From Chiloscyllium plagiosum (lineage: Eukaryota): a DNA stretch of 61,507 bases. Where the stretch lies: the NCBI RefSeq assembly GCF_004010195.1, contig NC_057746.1, forward strand, positions 28,987,861-29,049,367. The letters are read 5' to 3'. Position 1 is the first letter of the stretch, and every line of letters begins with the position of its first letter. Both the position numbers and the translations under genes were made by a program. Below the pieces are notes generated by a model. The model made no database searches. It saw only the letters and a program-made list of their open reading frames with translations, and had not been told where the DNA came from. Shown here piece by piece: positions 1 through 11,760 of the stretch.

Positions 1-51
1 TATCCTCCGACAGCCTGATGTGAGGAAGCGAAGAATGTCTTTGAAACAATA

Positions 52-143
52 ACAGGAATTGCTTGAAAATCTCAGTGGAGCTGGCAGCATCTGTGGAGAG
101 AAATCAGATTTAACACTTCTGGCCAGTGATCTTTCCTCAGAAC
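52..143 (-). mobile_element. Penelope-like element 3' tail fragment (family C)
   Basis: Reverse complement resembles the ttctgaggaagggtcac...gctgccagacc...ctgag tail seen on + at 34617, 47298 and 58393 (the last ends a PLE body). Confidence 0.55.
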
Positions 144-402
144 TCAAATTTTTGAAGTTCAGTCTTTTAAAGAGTAAAGGTAGTGTGACAAGAGGCCATG
201 TCTCAGGGCTGAAAATAGTTAACAAGGTGGGGGGTGGGGGGAGGATGGTCCATTTCAATAACTGGGTTTCGTGTTTGCTACATTGTCTCATTATATCATC
301 CTTGAAAAGGCACTTCATTGGCAATGAGGTTAGTCTAATCTCAGTGGTGGGCATGACTTGGAGGTGCTGGTGTTGGACTGGGATGGACAAAGTTAAAGAA
401 TC

Positions 403-524
403 CTGCTGAAGAATGTATGCCCGAAACATCGATTCTCCTGCTCCTCGGATGCTGCTGGGCTGCTGTGCTTTTCCAGCACCACACTCGTGACTCTAATCTC
501 CAGCATCTGCAGTCCTCCCTTTCT
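403..524 (+). mobile_element. Penelope-like tail (family A), degenerate hammerhead motif, inserted into the end of a family B element
   Basis: ctgaaga...gcccgaaacatcgattctcctgctcctcggatgctg matches family A tails at 16902, 48831 and 51119; flanked by imperfect duplication caaagttaaagaatc / caaagttataaatc. Confidence 0.7.
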
Positions 525-527
525 CAA

Positions 528-690
528 AGTTATAAATCACACAACACCAGGTTATAGTCCAACAGGTTTATTTGGAAGCACCAGCTTTCAGAGTGCTGCT
601 TCTTCACCTGATGAAGGAACAGTGCTCTGAAAGCTAGTACTCCCAAATAAATCTGTTGGACTGTAACCTGGAGTTGTTTGATTTTTAACT
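528..690. repeat. Compact ~163 bp palindrome of family B PLE tail centred on the hammerhead core
   Basis: agttataaatcacacaacaccagg...ttca (528-606) is an imperfect reverse complement of tgaagg...gatttttaact (612-690); loop cctga; same sequence as the outer arms of 28374-28924. Confidence 0.85.
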
Positions 691-766
691 CATTGGTGGG
701 GAATTGATTAGAAGCAATTCTGAGAGATCGAATTAACCTGCACTCTGTGAGGTAGCCATTAATCAA

Positions 767-1087
767 GGGTGACATGGTGGGTCAGTGGTTAGCACTGCTG
801 CCTCACTGCACCAGGGACCTGGGGTCAATTCCAGCCTTGGACAACTGTGTGTGTGGAGGTGCACATTCTCTCTGTGTCTGTGTATGTTTCCTCTGGATGC
901 TCTGGATTCCTCCCACAACCCAAACCTGTGCATGATGGGTGAATTGGCCATGCTAAATTGCCCATCGTGTTCAGGGCTGTGTAGGCTAGGTGCATTAGTC
1001 AGGGGTAAATAGAGAGTAGGGGAATAGGTCTGGCTGGGTTACTCCTGGGGGGGTCAGTGTGGATTTGTTGGGCAGAGGGCCTATTCC
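767..1087 (+). mobile_element. HE1-type tRNA-derived SINE
   Basis: A-box-like tggttagcactgctgcctca, B-box-like ggtcaattcc, core tgaattggccatgctaaattgccc, LINE-like tail; about nine copies in the window. Confidence 0.85.
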
Positions 1088-1895
1088 TAATTCTTAATAA
1101 CAGTCAGCATGGTTTTGTCAAGGGGAGGGTCATGCCTGACCAACTTGATTGGACTTTCTGAAGTGACAATCAGTTGTATAGATGAGGACAATGCTTTGCA
1201 GCTAGTCAACTTGGATTTCAGCAAGGATTTTGAAAAGGTCCCATATGGGAGACTGAGAACGAAAGTAAGAGCCTGTGGTTCCATGAAATTCTGCTAATTG
1301 GATCCATAGTTGATACAATTACAACATTTAAAGGCATTTGAATGGGAAGGGTTTAGAGGAATATGGGCCAAGTGTTGGCAAATGGGCCTAGATTTATTTA
1401 GGATATCTGTTCAGTGTGGACAAGTTGGACAGAAGGGTCTGATTCCATGCTGTACATCTGTATGACTCCACGACTTTGGGAAGCTCCAAGGACCAGAAAG
1501 ATGTTGGTATGCATATCCATCAGTGCCTTAAGGAAACAGGACAGGTGAATAAAGTAGGAAAGAAGGCATATTTGTGCTTGCATTGATTAGTTGAGGCATT
1601 GAGTTTAAGAGCAAGGGTGTTATGCTGGAACTGTATAAAGCACTGGTTAGACCACAGCTGGAGTGTTGTGTTTGGTTCTGGAAACCACATTATAGTTAGG
1701 AAGTGATTGTACAGGAGAAGGTGCAGAGGAGATTTACCAGGATGTTGCCTGGACTGGAGAGTTCAGTTGTGAAGAGACATTGGAGGTGTTTTCATTGGAG
1801 CACTGAGGGAGAACATTACGGGAACTTGAACAGGTGCAGGAAATCCATGGGATCTGGGAGGGGGTTGGGGTTGAGGGAAACTTGAACTCACTGCT
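1088..1895 (+). mobile_element. CR1/HER1-type LINE RT fragments (nested, decayed)
   Basis: Translations SCLTNLI...LDFSKDFEKVP and EKVQRRFTRMLPGL are typical of CR1 ORF2. Confidence 0.8.
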
Positions 1896-2349
1896 TGTTT
1901 TAAAAAAATTCTCAAGGTCAGGTTCGTAGGAGAGTAGTCTGACACAGAACAAACGACCAAGAGGCGAGTCTGCTAGAATATGGGCATTTTATTCCCCGCA
2001 GCGTCGCCACAACGGGTCTGGCTTATACTCACTCTACATGTTACCAAAACTGGGAGCCGTCAGTTCTCGTAGGGCGGTTGCCAACAACCCACGCTCGGCG
2101 GTTAAACGTAACCCCGGAGCAGACTCACCGAACTGGAGACTTTTCCAGCTGATATACTCTTTTCCAGATATAAACATTCATGTGAACAGCAGAGCAAGGC
2201 TAAAAAACACATTCCATTCTGGTTACATACAGATAAGAAGATTCACACGGGACTAAGCAACACCTCCATTCCGGTTAGATTCACACATGTATTGGGACAT
2301 AATTTTTAACCGTTTCACCACATTCCACTGCTTGGAATTTTACACCACA
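1896..2349 (-). mobile_element. Solo LTR, 454 bp
   Basis: TG...CA ends, 5 bp TSD ctgct (1891-1895 and 2350-2354) interrupting a CR1 3' region; aataaa on minus strand at ~1988-1993; CpG-rich. Confidence 0.75.
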
Positions 2350-2409
2350 CTGCTTGGAGTGGTATTAGAAGTTAAAACGCCTCTCTACATTTAAAGAACA
2401 TGTAAAGAT

Positions 2410-2699
2410 GGGTGGCAAGGTGGCTCAGCGGTGAGCACTGCTGCCTTATAACACCAGAGACCCAGGTTCAATTCCCCCGCGGGTATTGTCTGTACGGAGT
2501 TTGCACATTCTTCCTGTGTCTGCGTGGGTTTGCTCCGGCTTCATCTAAAAGATGTGCAGGTCAGGTGAATTAGCTATGCTAAATTACCGGTGGTGTTAGG
2601 TGAAGGGGTAAATGTAGGGGAATGGATCTGGGTGGGTTTCTCTTCGGAGGGTCGGTTGGGCCGAATGGCCTGTTTTCACACTGCAAGTAATCGAATCTA
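2410..2699 (+). mobile_element. HE1-type SINE
   Basis: tggctcagcggtgagcactgctgcc, ggttcaattccc, taatcgaatcta tail. Confidence 0.85.
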
Positions 2700-2850
2700 T
2701 AAAAAAAATTGGATATACTCATGAAGTGCTGTCACAATGAACCGAATTTGTATCTTTCCGTTAGCACTTATCCCGAAAGTCAATACTGACCATTGTGAGA
2801 CAGTAAATGAGCTGGAGACCAGGGGTGGGAGAGATGATTTCTTTTGGGGT

Positions 2851-2950
2851 GGTCCCGCCCTTCCGCAGTGTGAGTTTGACGCCCGAAAACTTTTGGCTCA
2901 ACTGTGCACCGATTAGAGAAGCGGAACTGATATCAAATAGAAACTGAAAG
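2851..2950 (+). promoter_or_regulatory. Candidate interferon-responsive promoter of the BTN-like gene
   Basis: GC box cccgccc 2854-2860, ETS-like gaagcggaac 2918-2927, ISRE-type agaaactgaaag (GAAANNGAAA) 2939-2950, locally CpG-rich non-repeat sequence, strong donor 57 nt downstream. Confidence 0.55.
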
Positions 2951-3007
2951 CTCTGATCGCTTCTCCATTTTGTCATCCTTGCCGAATTTTTTGGAGGAAT
3001 TTAATCG
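2951..3007 (+). other. Candidate non-coding first exon of BTN-like gene (5' boundary approximate)
   Basis: Ends in cg|gtgagt consensus donor at 3008; no ATG; next plausible acceptor atttcag at 6357. Confidence 0.5.
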
Positions 3008-3402
3008 GTGAGTTTGGGGGTAATTTGAGCTCCTATCAGTTTGTGTAATTGACTCCGATCTCCCTATCGGTGGGGACGTCCTGGATCACGCACTCAGTCC
3101 CGAGGGGAGTGGGAGTCTCAGTCCAGGAACCGAACAGAGGCTGGGAGGGCCTGGCTGTGGGAGGACGGAGCCTGGGTGATGGGGAGAGCGGGTCGCAGGG
3201 GACATGGTGGGTAAATATTAACCCGTCTGGTCCCTTGTGGGACAGGAGATTCTGGGTGTTCCCAGCTCCAAACGATACCGTCTCCATGACTGGATGGTTC
3301 CCAGGTTTCGCTTTACAACAATGACCGCATCTTAAAAGAAGAGGATTTTCATTCGTGCGTGAGATTCTCATACCCCTTTCCTTCCAGATTATCGGGAATA
3401 TT

Positions 3403-3658
3403 GGCGGCATAGTGGTTAGCACTGCTGCCTCACAGCGCCAGAGACCCGGGTTCAATTCCCCCCTCAGGAATGTGGAGGTCTGTGGAGTTTGCACATTCTC
3501 CCCGTGTCTGCGTGAGTTTCCTCCGGGTGCTCGTTTCCTCCCACAGTCCAGCTTAGGTTAGGTGAAGCGGTAAATGTAGGGGACTGGGATTGGGTGGGTT
3601 GCACTTCGGCGGGTCGGTGTGCCCCAAAGGGCCTGTTTCCACACTGTAAGTAATCTAA
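3403..3658 (+). mobile_element. HE1-type SINE (internally deleted)
   Basis: gtggttagcactgctgcctcacagcgccagagacccgggttcaattccc; taatctaa tail. Confidence 0.85.
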
Positions 3659-3846
3659 GCGTCACCTGAATCGGGTTGTTAGTCCGTCCTTTACCTCAGG
3701 AGGTTGTGGGTTCAAGTCGCACTTCAGGATATAGGTATATAAAACCGAGAGTGACACTCCAGAGCAATAAAGAGAGAGTGATTGAAGATAAGACGTCAAT
3801 TCAAGTCATTAAGTATGTTGAAGAGCAGGCGAGTTATTCTCGGCCA

Positions 3847-4530
3847 TAGAGTTATGCAGCACCGACGCAGATCCTTCGGCCCAACTGAACTAGTCCATTT
3901 GGCCCATACTCCTCCACACATTTCCGACTCAAATGACTTTGTACTCGCTTCTCGAATTTTCTCTGACAGCTCGTCCCATATACCACCTTCTGTGGAAAAA
4001 GTTGCTCTTTAGCTCCCTTTCAAATCTTTGCCCTCTCACCTTAAAACTATGCCCTCTACTTTTCCACTCCCCTACCCCCAGGAAAATACCTTGGGTATTC
4101 ACATTGCCTGTGCCTCTCATGATTTTATAAACCTCAATAAGATCAAGGGGAAAACAAGTCCCAGTTTTCCAGCCTCTTCTTATAACTCAAACTCTCCAGT
4201 CTGGGCAGCATTCTTAAACCTTTTTGTACCGTTTCGAGTTTAATAATAACTTTTAATAATAAATACAAGAGTATTTTGCAGAACTTGAAATGTGGCCTCA
4301 ATAATGTTTGCACAGTTGCAACATGACATCCCAACTCCTGTACTGGAGGTTCAGACCAATGAATGCAAACATGCCAAATATTGCTTTCACCACCTTCCCT
4401 GCCTGTAATGCCACTTTCAAGGAAATATTTACCTACATCCTGACATTTCCTTGTTTGACAACATTCCCCAGGGCCTTAACGTTAACTGTATAAGTCCTGC
4501 CCTGATTTGCCTTACTGAAATGCAATACCT
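3847..4530 (-). mobile_element. CR1-type LINE 3' fragment, splitting an older SINE (~3690-3840 and ~4550-4735)
   Basis: Minus ORFs SRGHSFKVRGQRF...NFF and LLRPHFKFC...RMLPRL are CR1 ORF2 C-terminus. Confidence 0.75.
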
Positions 4531-5110
4531 GAATGTGTCTTGATCAATATTAATCCCTCATTCAGCATTACAACAATTAGATGATCTATTCATGTTGGTG
4601 TTTGTGGAGCTTGCTATGCACAGATGGATTGCTGTTTTCCCACATAGCAACATTGATTATGCTTCAGAAATACTTCATTATCTGTGAAAAACTTTGGGAT
4701 GTCATCAAATGTGCTATGTAAATGTGAGTTTTTTTAAATGGAGGCATTCATTGTTGTTAAGGAGTTTGGCAGAATTGGTGTAGTGGAGATGTGATCATTT
4801 ATGTGGATAACTTGAGGTTATAAATGTAAGACAGTCACTAATAAATCCAATGGGCAATTCAGCAAAAACTTTCTCAGCGAGAGAGCGGTGAGAATATGAA
4901 ACTTACTGAATGGTCTCAATATATTTAAAAGAAAGCTAAATTAACACAGTTGGAAGAAAGGAACAGAAATAAATTTACTCCAACATCATAACCATTTTAT
5001 AATCCTGCCCTAACTATTTGTTGAGCCTGTCAATATGAAAAAAAAACATTTATGCCATCTCTTGCTTCCTGTTAGCCAGCCAATTTCCTATGCATGGAGA
5101 AAGCGAGGAC

Positions 5111-6020
5111 GGTCGATGACACTAAAGTTGAAGGTGTAGTGGACAGCAAAGAAGGTTACCTCAGAGGACAATGGGATCTTGATCAGATGGGCCATTGGGT
5201 TGAGGAATGGCAGATGGAGGTTAATTTAGATAAATGTGAGGTGCTGCATTTTGGGAAAGCAGATCTTAGCAGAACTTATACACTTAATGGAAAGATCTTG
5301 GGGAGTGTTGCTAAACAAAGAGACCTTGGAGTGCAGGTTCATAGCTCCTTGGAAGTGGAGGCCAATAGGATAGTGATGAAGGCATTTTTATGCTTTCCTT
5401 TATTGGTCAGAGCATTGAGTATAGATGTTTGGAGGTCATGTTCCTGCTGTACAGGTCATTGGTTAGGCCACTTTTGGAATATTGTGTGCAATTCTGGTCT
5501 CCCTCTTATCAGAAAGATGTTGTGAAACTTGAAAGAGTTCAGAAAATATTTACAAGGATGTTGCCAGGGTTGGAGGATTTGAGCTATAGTGAATAGACTG
5601 GACCTGTTTTCTCTGGAGGGTCAGAGGTTGAGGAGTGACCTTATAGAGGTTTATAAAATCATGAAGGGCATAGATAGGGTAAATAGATAAGATCTTTTTC
5701 CTGGGGTGGGAGGAGTCCAGAACTAGAGGGCATAGGTTTAGGATGAGGGGGAAAAATTCATAAGGGATCTAAGGGGCAACCTTTTCGCACAAAGGGTAGT
5801 GTGTGTATGGAATGAGCTGCAAGAGGAAGTGGTGGAGACTAATACAATTACAACATTTAAAAGGCTTATGGATGGGTATATGAATTGGAAGGGTTTGGAG
5901 GGATATGGGCCCAAGCGCTGGCAAATAGGTCTAGATTAATTTAGCATATCTGGTCAGCATGGAATTGGACCGAAGGATCTGTTTCCATATTGTACATCTC
6001 AATGACTCTATGACTCTATG
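5111..6020 (+). mobile_element. CR1/HER1-type LINE 3' fragment
   Basis: DDTKV...WQME.N.DKCEVLHFG, LVRPLLEYCVQFWSP; (atgactct)n tail at 6002-6020. Confidence 0.9.
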
Positions 6021-6414
6021 TCATCTTTACATGTTATATGATTTTTTTTCTTTATGTTTGATGCAACCTTTAACATTTTTCATTAAAGATAGGTAGTTGG
6101 TCCATCCTTTGAAATGTTTCTAATTACCACGTAGATATTCTGTAAAATGTAGAGATTTGTAAATCATTGCATAAGTACAGTAAAGATTATGATGTGAAAT
6201 TTTGGACAAGACTGTAATGTAAATGTTTGTATCTAGATATCTGTCAGTACATGTGGATATATATTCATGCATGCTTCAATGACTGAAGCTGGAATACTCA
6301 GTTGTGTCATTTCATGTGTTTTTTGTGTGTAATGTGAACTCTCTAATATTATTTCAGGCAGTTGCAACCCATCATTTTCTGAATATGCTGACATCGAATT
6401 TCTGAATTTCCGAA

Positions 6415-6454
6415 ATGTTTCTCCTGCTTCAGATTCTTGTTTGGATCTTCTATG
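6415..6454 (+). CDS. Butyrophilin-like protein, signal peptide exon (MFLLLQILVWIFY+G); exon acceptor at 6357
   Basis: ATG 6415, 13 hydrophobic codons, phase-1 donor g|gtagga at 6455; joins 7495 to give MFLLLQILVWIFYETAA-DLHV, a plausible signal peptide. Confidence 0.7.
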
Positions 6455-7494
6455 GTAGGAGAACAACATTTAATAAATAATAACTAATATTAGTTTTTAA
6501 TTTTTTTTTGTCTGGTAAAAGTGGTAGCTTACAAATACTGAGTTGGAAGACAAGGATTTTTTATTCATTCATCGGATAAAGTAAAGTTGCTATTGTTCCA
6601 GAGGGCCGTAGGGCTGCTCTCTCATTAGAGAGATGAATGGTGACGGTTGAACCTGAGGTTCACCATGCCTTAGGTGAGGGGTGAGATTGAGAAGGAAGAA
6701 CCTTCATGGGAACCTCAGCCAGGGTGGGATTTGAAACTCTACTGTTGCTGTTATTCCAGCTGTCTGGCCAACTGAGTTAACCGAGTCCTATACAGGGTGT
6801 AGGGACACCCATGGTGTGACGAGAGAGAGACTTTCAGGTTTTTTTATCCAACATCATTGAAAGAATGGCAATATATTTCCAAAGCAGTAAAGTGAGTGGC
6901 TTGAAGGAGAACTTGCAAGTGGTAGTGTATTCCCATGTATCTGCTACTCTTATCTTTCTGGATGGTGGACATCATGGCTTTGGAAAGTGCTGTCAAAGAT
7001 GTCTTGGTGAGTTGCGGTATTGAATTTTACAAGTTCCCACTAATGTGCACTGCTTGTGCAGTCAGTGAATATTAAATGTCTTGGATGGGGTAATAACCAA
7101 TGGACCACTTTATCCTGGATAATGTCAAGCTTCTTAAGTGTTGATGGAGTTGCACTGATCTTGGCAAAGCCCACACTAGGGATTTCTGTAAGTAACCGAG
7201 GCTGGTTGTTCAGGTTGGCACTGAGGAAATGCTGCATTGCCAGATGGTCAGTACTATGGGAAATGTGAACTATTTTCTTAGTTCTCTGTCTGTTTATCTC
7301 TCACTCTGGTGCTTCTCCACGTTTCCCTCTCCCCTTCCCTCACTCTCTCTTTGTTCCTTTTGTCTCTCTGTTTCTTTCTCTCTGTCTGACTGCCTCCCCC
7401 TCTCTGTCTTATTATTCATGATATAACTGTAATGACCTTTGTGAAGACTGATGGATCTCATTCTCTAGCTCTCTCTCTATGCTGGCTGTTCCAG

Positions 7495-7857
7495 AAACTG
7501 CAGCAGATTTACATGTGACAGGACCATTTGACCCCATCATGGGGGTTGTTGGGGACGATGTCATCCTGGACTGTGTGCTGATCACGGCTGTAGCCCCAGA
7601 GAATATCGAAGTCCGCTGGATCAACATGGAATATGGCTACAACTCACCCATCCACATGTACACTGGGAGAGCAGACGACCTAACATTTCAACCCTCAACC
7701 TACAATGGCCGGACTGAGATGTTTCTCGATGAAGTGGCACAGGGGAATCTCTCTCTCAGGCTTAAAGATGTCAGCGTCTCCGATAGGGGACAGTACCAGT
7801 GCTTCGTTGTGTCCAATGACAAGCATAGCGATATCACAGTGACCCTGAATGTTACAG
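7495..7857 (+). CDS. Butyrophilin-like protein, IgV exon
   Basis: ILDC...EVRW...YNGRTEMF...GNLSLRLKDVSVSDRGQYQCFV is the BTN/MOG/B7 IgV signature; phase-1 acceptor ttccag (alternative in-frame cag at 7503/7506), donor g|gtcagt at 7858. Confidence 0.92.
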
Positions 7858-8705
7858 GTCAGTGATCATTTCAAAACCATTATTCTTGACTTCCTTGCTG
7901 AAGGTGATAGAGAAACATTAACCATGACAGAAGCCAAATTATTACACATTGATTACGCGAGGTTGAATTTCATTGGTTCAGGAATCTCACACAGATGGAG
8001 GAGGAGAGACGAGGGGGGCAGGCTGGTTAAGGGGAAGGCAAAGATAATTTAACAATGAGATACAAAGCTATTTCACTCAATGCTGTGAATCTTTGGAGCT
8101 GTCCACATAAGAATATGAATGAAAGAAGACCATTCGGGCCCTCAAGCTTAGTCCATTCTTTCATACAAGTGAACTTCCCTTTATTTCCTTAGAAAAAACA
8201 TGATCTGAGTTGAATATATTCAATGACTGTTTGCACCAACCCTCTGGGGTCGATATTTCCAGGGAATATTGGAATAGGTGTGAGGGTCAAATGGCCTAGT
8301 CCAACTTCTATCTCTGTATCAACTTCCTGGCTTCCCACATTGTGAAAGCTATGGAATGTTTTAATAGGTTTTTAGTGTTTCTATGTCTCTTGGTATTAAT
8401 GTATTGACAATATATTTCATTGACTGGCTGAATCAAATTCCCTTTCTGAGTAGGGGTCATCCTTATTCCCAGGATTTTGGGGATCAGGTTTGATGCTTCC
8501 ATTTGTTTTTCACCTCCAGGATTAACATTTGTCTAAGACTGTTTGAGCTAGAGTTTTAGCCACAGATTGCCAATCCAGCTGCAAGTTGCCTTTAACATTC
8601 TTCAATTATTCTGAATTAATGCTGTATCCCATTGTGAAAAACCAGAGCATCACTGAAATCTCTTCCGATCTGAACCAAAGATTAAGGGAGCAACTGCATT
8701 CTCAC

Positions 8706-10850
8706 GTCAAGGTCAGATTTGACCAGATTCAGTTTCCACTAAAAATAATTTGTATGTTGCCAAATAAGAAATGACACAAGTGTCTGCCAGCTTTAAATCT
8801 CTTTGTTACATGTGATAAATGTTTGTGATGCATTATTAGTGCCTTTTGGAGACTTGGGGTTCTGTTAGGAACAGTCCTCATGTGAAGGTGCCCAATTTGT
8901 TGCTATTCCAGGTAATATACTTAGGAAGGAAACCTACCGACTGGGGACAAAGACACAAGAGGCAGGCAGGATTCAGGCATGTGGCAGTCTTCATTCGCAT
9001 TCAAACAATCACTGGTTCATGCAGGGAGAGGGCCAAAGAATCCCCCCAAGTTTGGCCTCGATCTAAGAATGCAGTTGCTCCCTTAATCTTTGGTTCAGAT
9101 CGGAAGAGCGATCAATGATGTTCTGGTTTTTCACAGAGATACAGCATTTTTATACATGTTGAGTTACAATAATCACCTACAGCGTGGTCACTGTGATCTT
9201 CCCCTTATTCTATACATTCAGTCCCGTGAAACACTTGATGACTGATTGACAATCCTGTGGAAAGCCCAAGGTTCCCATGATCTTATGATGTTTAATAGAC
9301 ATTGTAATCACCAGGCTTTGGGATCTTTCTATGCATCCTATGAATTACATTCCAAACTTACTGGCTGAACTCCGTCAAACATGTCGCTGACTTGCTTATC
9401 CTTAAAGAGTGCTTTAATTCTGTTGCCCATTGTATTCCTTTGCTATCTCTTCAAACTCTGTTACTCCTCTTATATTTTCCTAATTTTATATAAAATATGC
9501 AAAAGACAGCTGGTTCTAACTAACTGCTTTAAGATTTGTAATATTAATTTCTATTATAAAGTTAGTTATATGTAAGGTTTTATTGCTACTTCTACTGATA
9601 GCACTCTTTAGCTCGTGATTTGCGAGCAATTTGTTTTTTACTGGATCCACCCAGGATCCCTGTTGTGATAAAGAAAATATTTCCTGAGACGTAATTAACT
9701 TTTACATTTAGGTTTGAATCTTTCCCATAATGCTAATTGGCATATCTTGTTATATATTTGTATCCATAACTCCATCGAAATCTATCTCTGTGATTATCTG
9801 AAGAATCTTTAACTAGAACCTATTTCTTAATACTAAATAGTTTCCAAGAAACAGCTAATTACTGCAAGATAACTTTAGCTGCTGTTTTCACAGCTGCATG
9901 ATGAGCTGCATGATGCCATTTGGCTGTCTTCTGAAATGAGATTTACAGCCCTTGTTCTAACTAACACTGCTCACCTAATGGGATAACATCCTTTTGTTCA
10001 TGAGACCAGAATAAATCACTTGTCATAATTTAATGAACTTGTTTGAATCCTTCAAATGTTTATGAGCCACAATCACATTAGTTCACCTATGATTGTTATC
10101 ATAGAAGTTTACCCCCTTCTTCAATGTTTGGTCCAAATCTTCAAACTTGCAATCTTCTTATTGAACTGTCACTGGCTGTTGTTTTTACACAACCTCCTTT
10201 TACTTCGGTTCAAAGGTACCATTGTGTTTCTCTTAAATATTGGAACAGTCTTCTTACACTGTTTATCGTTTGTCAGGCATTTTGTGGAGCAGGCCTTATA
10301 ATTCTATTTATCCAATTGTCAGGCATTTTGTGCCTTTCAAATATGGGCACCCCTTAGAGTATACCTCCAAAAACATTGTGTTTCAGGTGAGGAGAAATAA
10401 ATGGACTCCCTTTCATTTTTCACCTACCACTCAATTAGTTGCAACAATGTTAAATTGAAAAGTATTCCTTCCCTCATTGATATATTTTTTCAGCCCAAAT
10501 ATATTTTTATTTTAAACTGAACTAATTTAAGCATTTGAATTTATGAGTAAGTTAATTAGCTAATGTAATGTGAGAAAAGAGAATAAAACATGACATCAAT
10601 ACATGGATTAGAAATCAGTAGTAAGCCTGAAGGAATCACCCTTTGGCTGGTTAGTGATGAATATTGTGAACCATTGCAGCCATTAAATTGGGGGATTTTA
10701 GTCACCGTGATATTGTCAGTTGAGCAGTTATTTGCAGATTCTTGGTTCTGCAATGAGCTGACTGGAGCTTGTCCAATTTCCTCTGGCAGTGGTTGTTCTG
10801 ACTTGCTTTCAGCAATCAGAGACAATCTTTAAGAAGGAATTGAAAACCAT
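8706..10850 (-). mobile_element. Decayed LTR retroelement/ERV relic, possibly env plus LTR
   Basis: Left end caaggtcagatttg resembles the solo LTR end (caaggtcaggttcg ~1913); minus strand A-rich broken coding with furin-like RSKR at ~10196-10207; boundaries uncertain. Confidence 0.3.
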
Positions 10851-11760
10851 ATGACACTAAGCTTGGTGGCAGTGTGTGCTGCAAGTGGGGTGGAAGGAGA
10901 CTGCAGACTGACAGATTAGTGGAGTTGGCAAATACTTAGCAAATGCAATATAATGGGAATAAATGTAAGGTTATCCAATTTGGTCACAAAAAGAGGAGAG
11001 CAGATTATTATATGACTGGTGTCAGTAGAGGAAAAGATGCAGTGCAACGTGACTTTGGTGTCATGGTGGAACAGTTGCTGATGATTGGCATGTAGGTGGA
11101 GCAGGTAGGGAAGAAAGCTAATGACATGCTCTCCTTCGTAGCAAGAGGACTTGAGTATCAGAGAAAGGATGACTTACTGCAGTTATACAGGGCATTGGTG
11201 AGGCCACATCTTGAGTATTGTATGCAGTTTTGGTCTCCTTGTCTGAGATAGGACATTCTTGCTATTGAGGGAATCCTGCAAAGGTTCATCGGACTGATGC
11301 CCAGGATGGTAGGACTGACATATGAGGAAAGACTGGATCAATTGAGCTTTGACACACCGGAATTTTGAAGAATGAGGGGGATCTCATAGAAGCATATAAA
11401 ATCCTGATGGGACTGGACAGGCTAGATGTGGGAAGAATGTTCTTGATGTTGGGGAGGTCCAGAACTAGAGTGTGACAGTCTAAGAATAAGGGGTAAGCCA
11501 TTCAGGACTGAGATGAGGAAGAATTTCTTCACTCAGACACATTTTGAATTCTCTATCATAGAAACCCGTTTGGGGCTTGTTCATTAGATACATCCAAAAG
11601 TAGTTGAACTTGGCCCTTGTGGCTAAAGGGATCAAAAGGTTTAGAAAGAGAGCAGGGATGGAATGCTGAGATTGTTTGATCAATCATGATCATCTTGAAT
11701 GGTGTACAGAACAGAAGGGCTGAATGGATTGCACCTGCACCTATTTTCTATGTTTCTATT
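10850..11760 (+). mobile_element. CR1-type LINE 3' fragment
   Basis: gcattggtgaggccacatcttgagtattgtatgcagttttggtct (LVRPHLEYCMQFW); tttctatgtttctat tail. Confidence 0.85.

Noticed and set aside
767-840. tRNA-like A/B boxes in SINE heads (also 2410, 3403, 23051, 35801, 38907)
   Set aside because: Followed by SINE core and LINE tail; not tRNA genes
3036-3494. 152 aa minus ORF and overlapping 91 aa plus ORF
   Set aside because: Begins in antisense SINE sequence and runs through GC-rich promoter/intron DNA; no domain resemblance
7479-7865. ORF as a stand-alone secreted single IgV protein starting MLAVPE
   Set aside because: The ATG lies in the intron pyrimidine tract; a proper signal exon exists at 6415 and a donor at 7858 joins in phase to IgC
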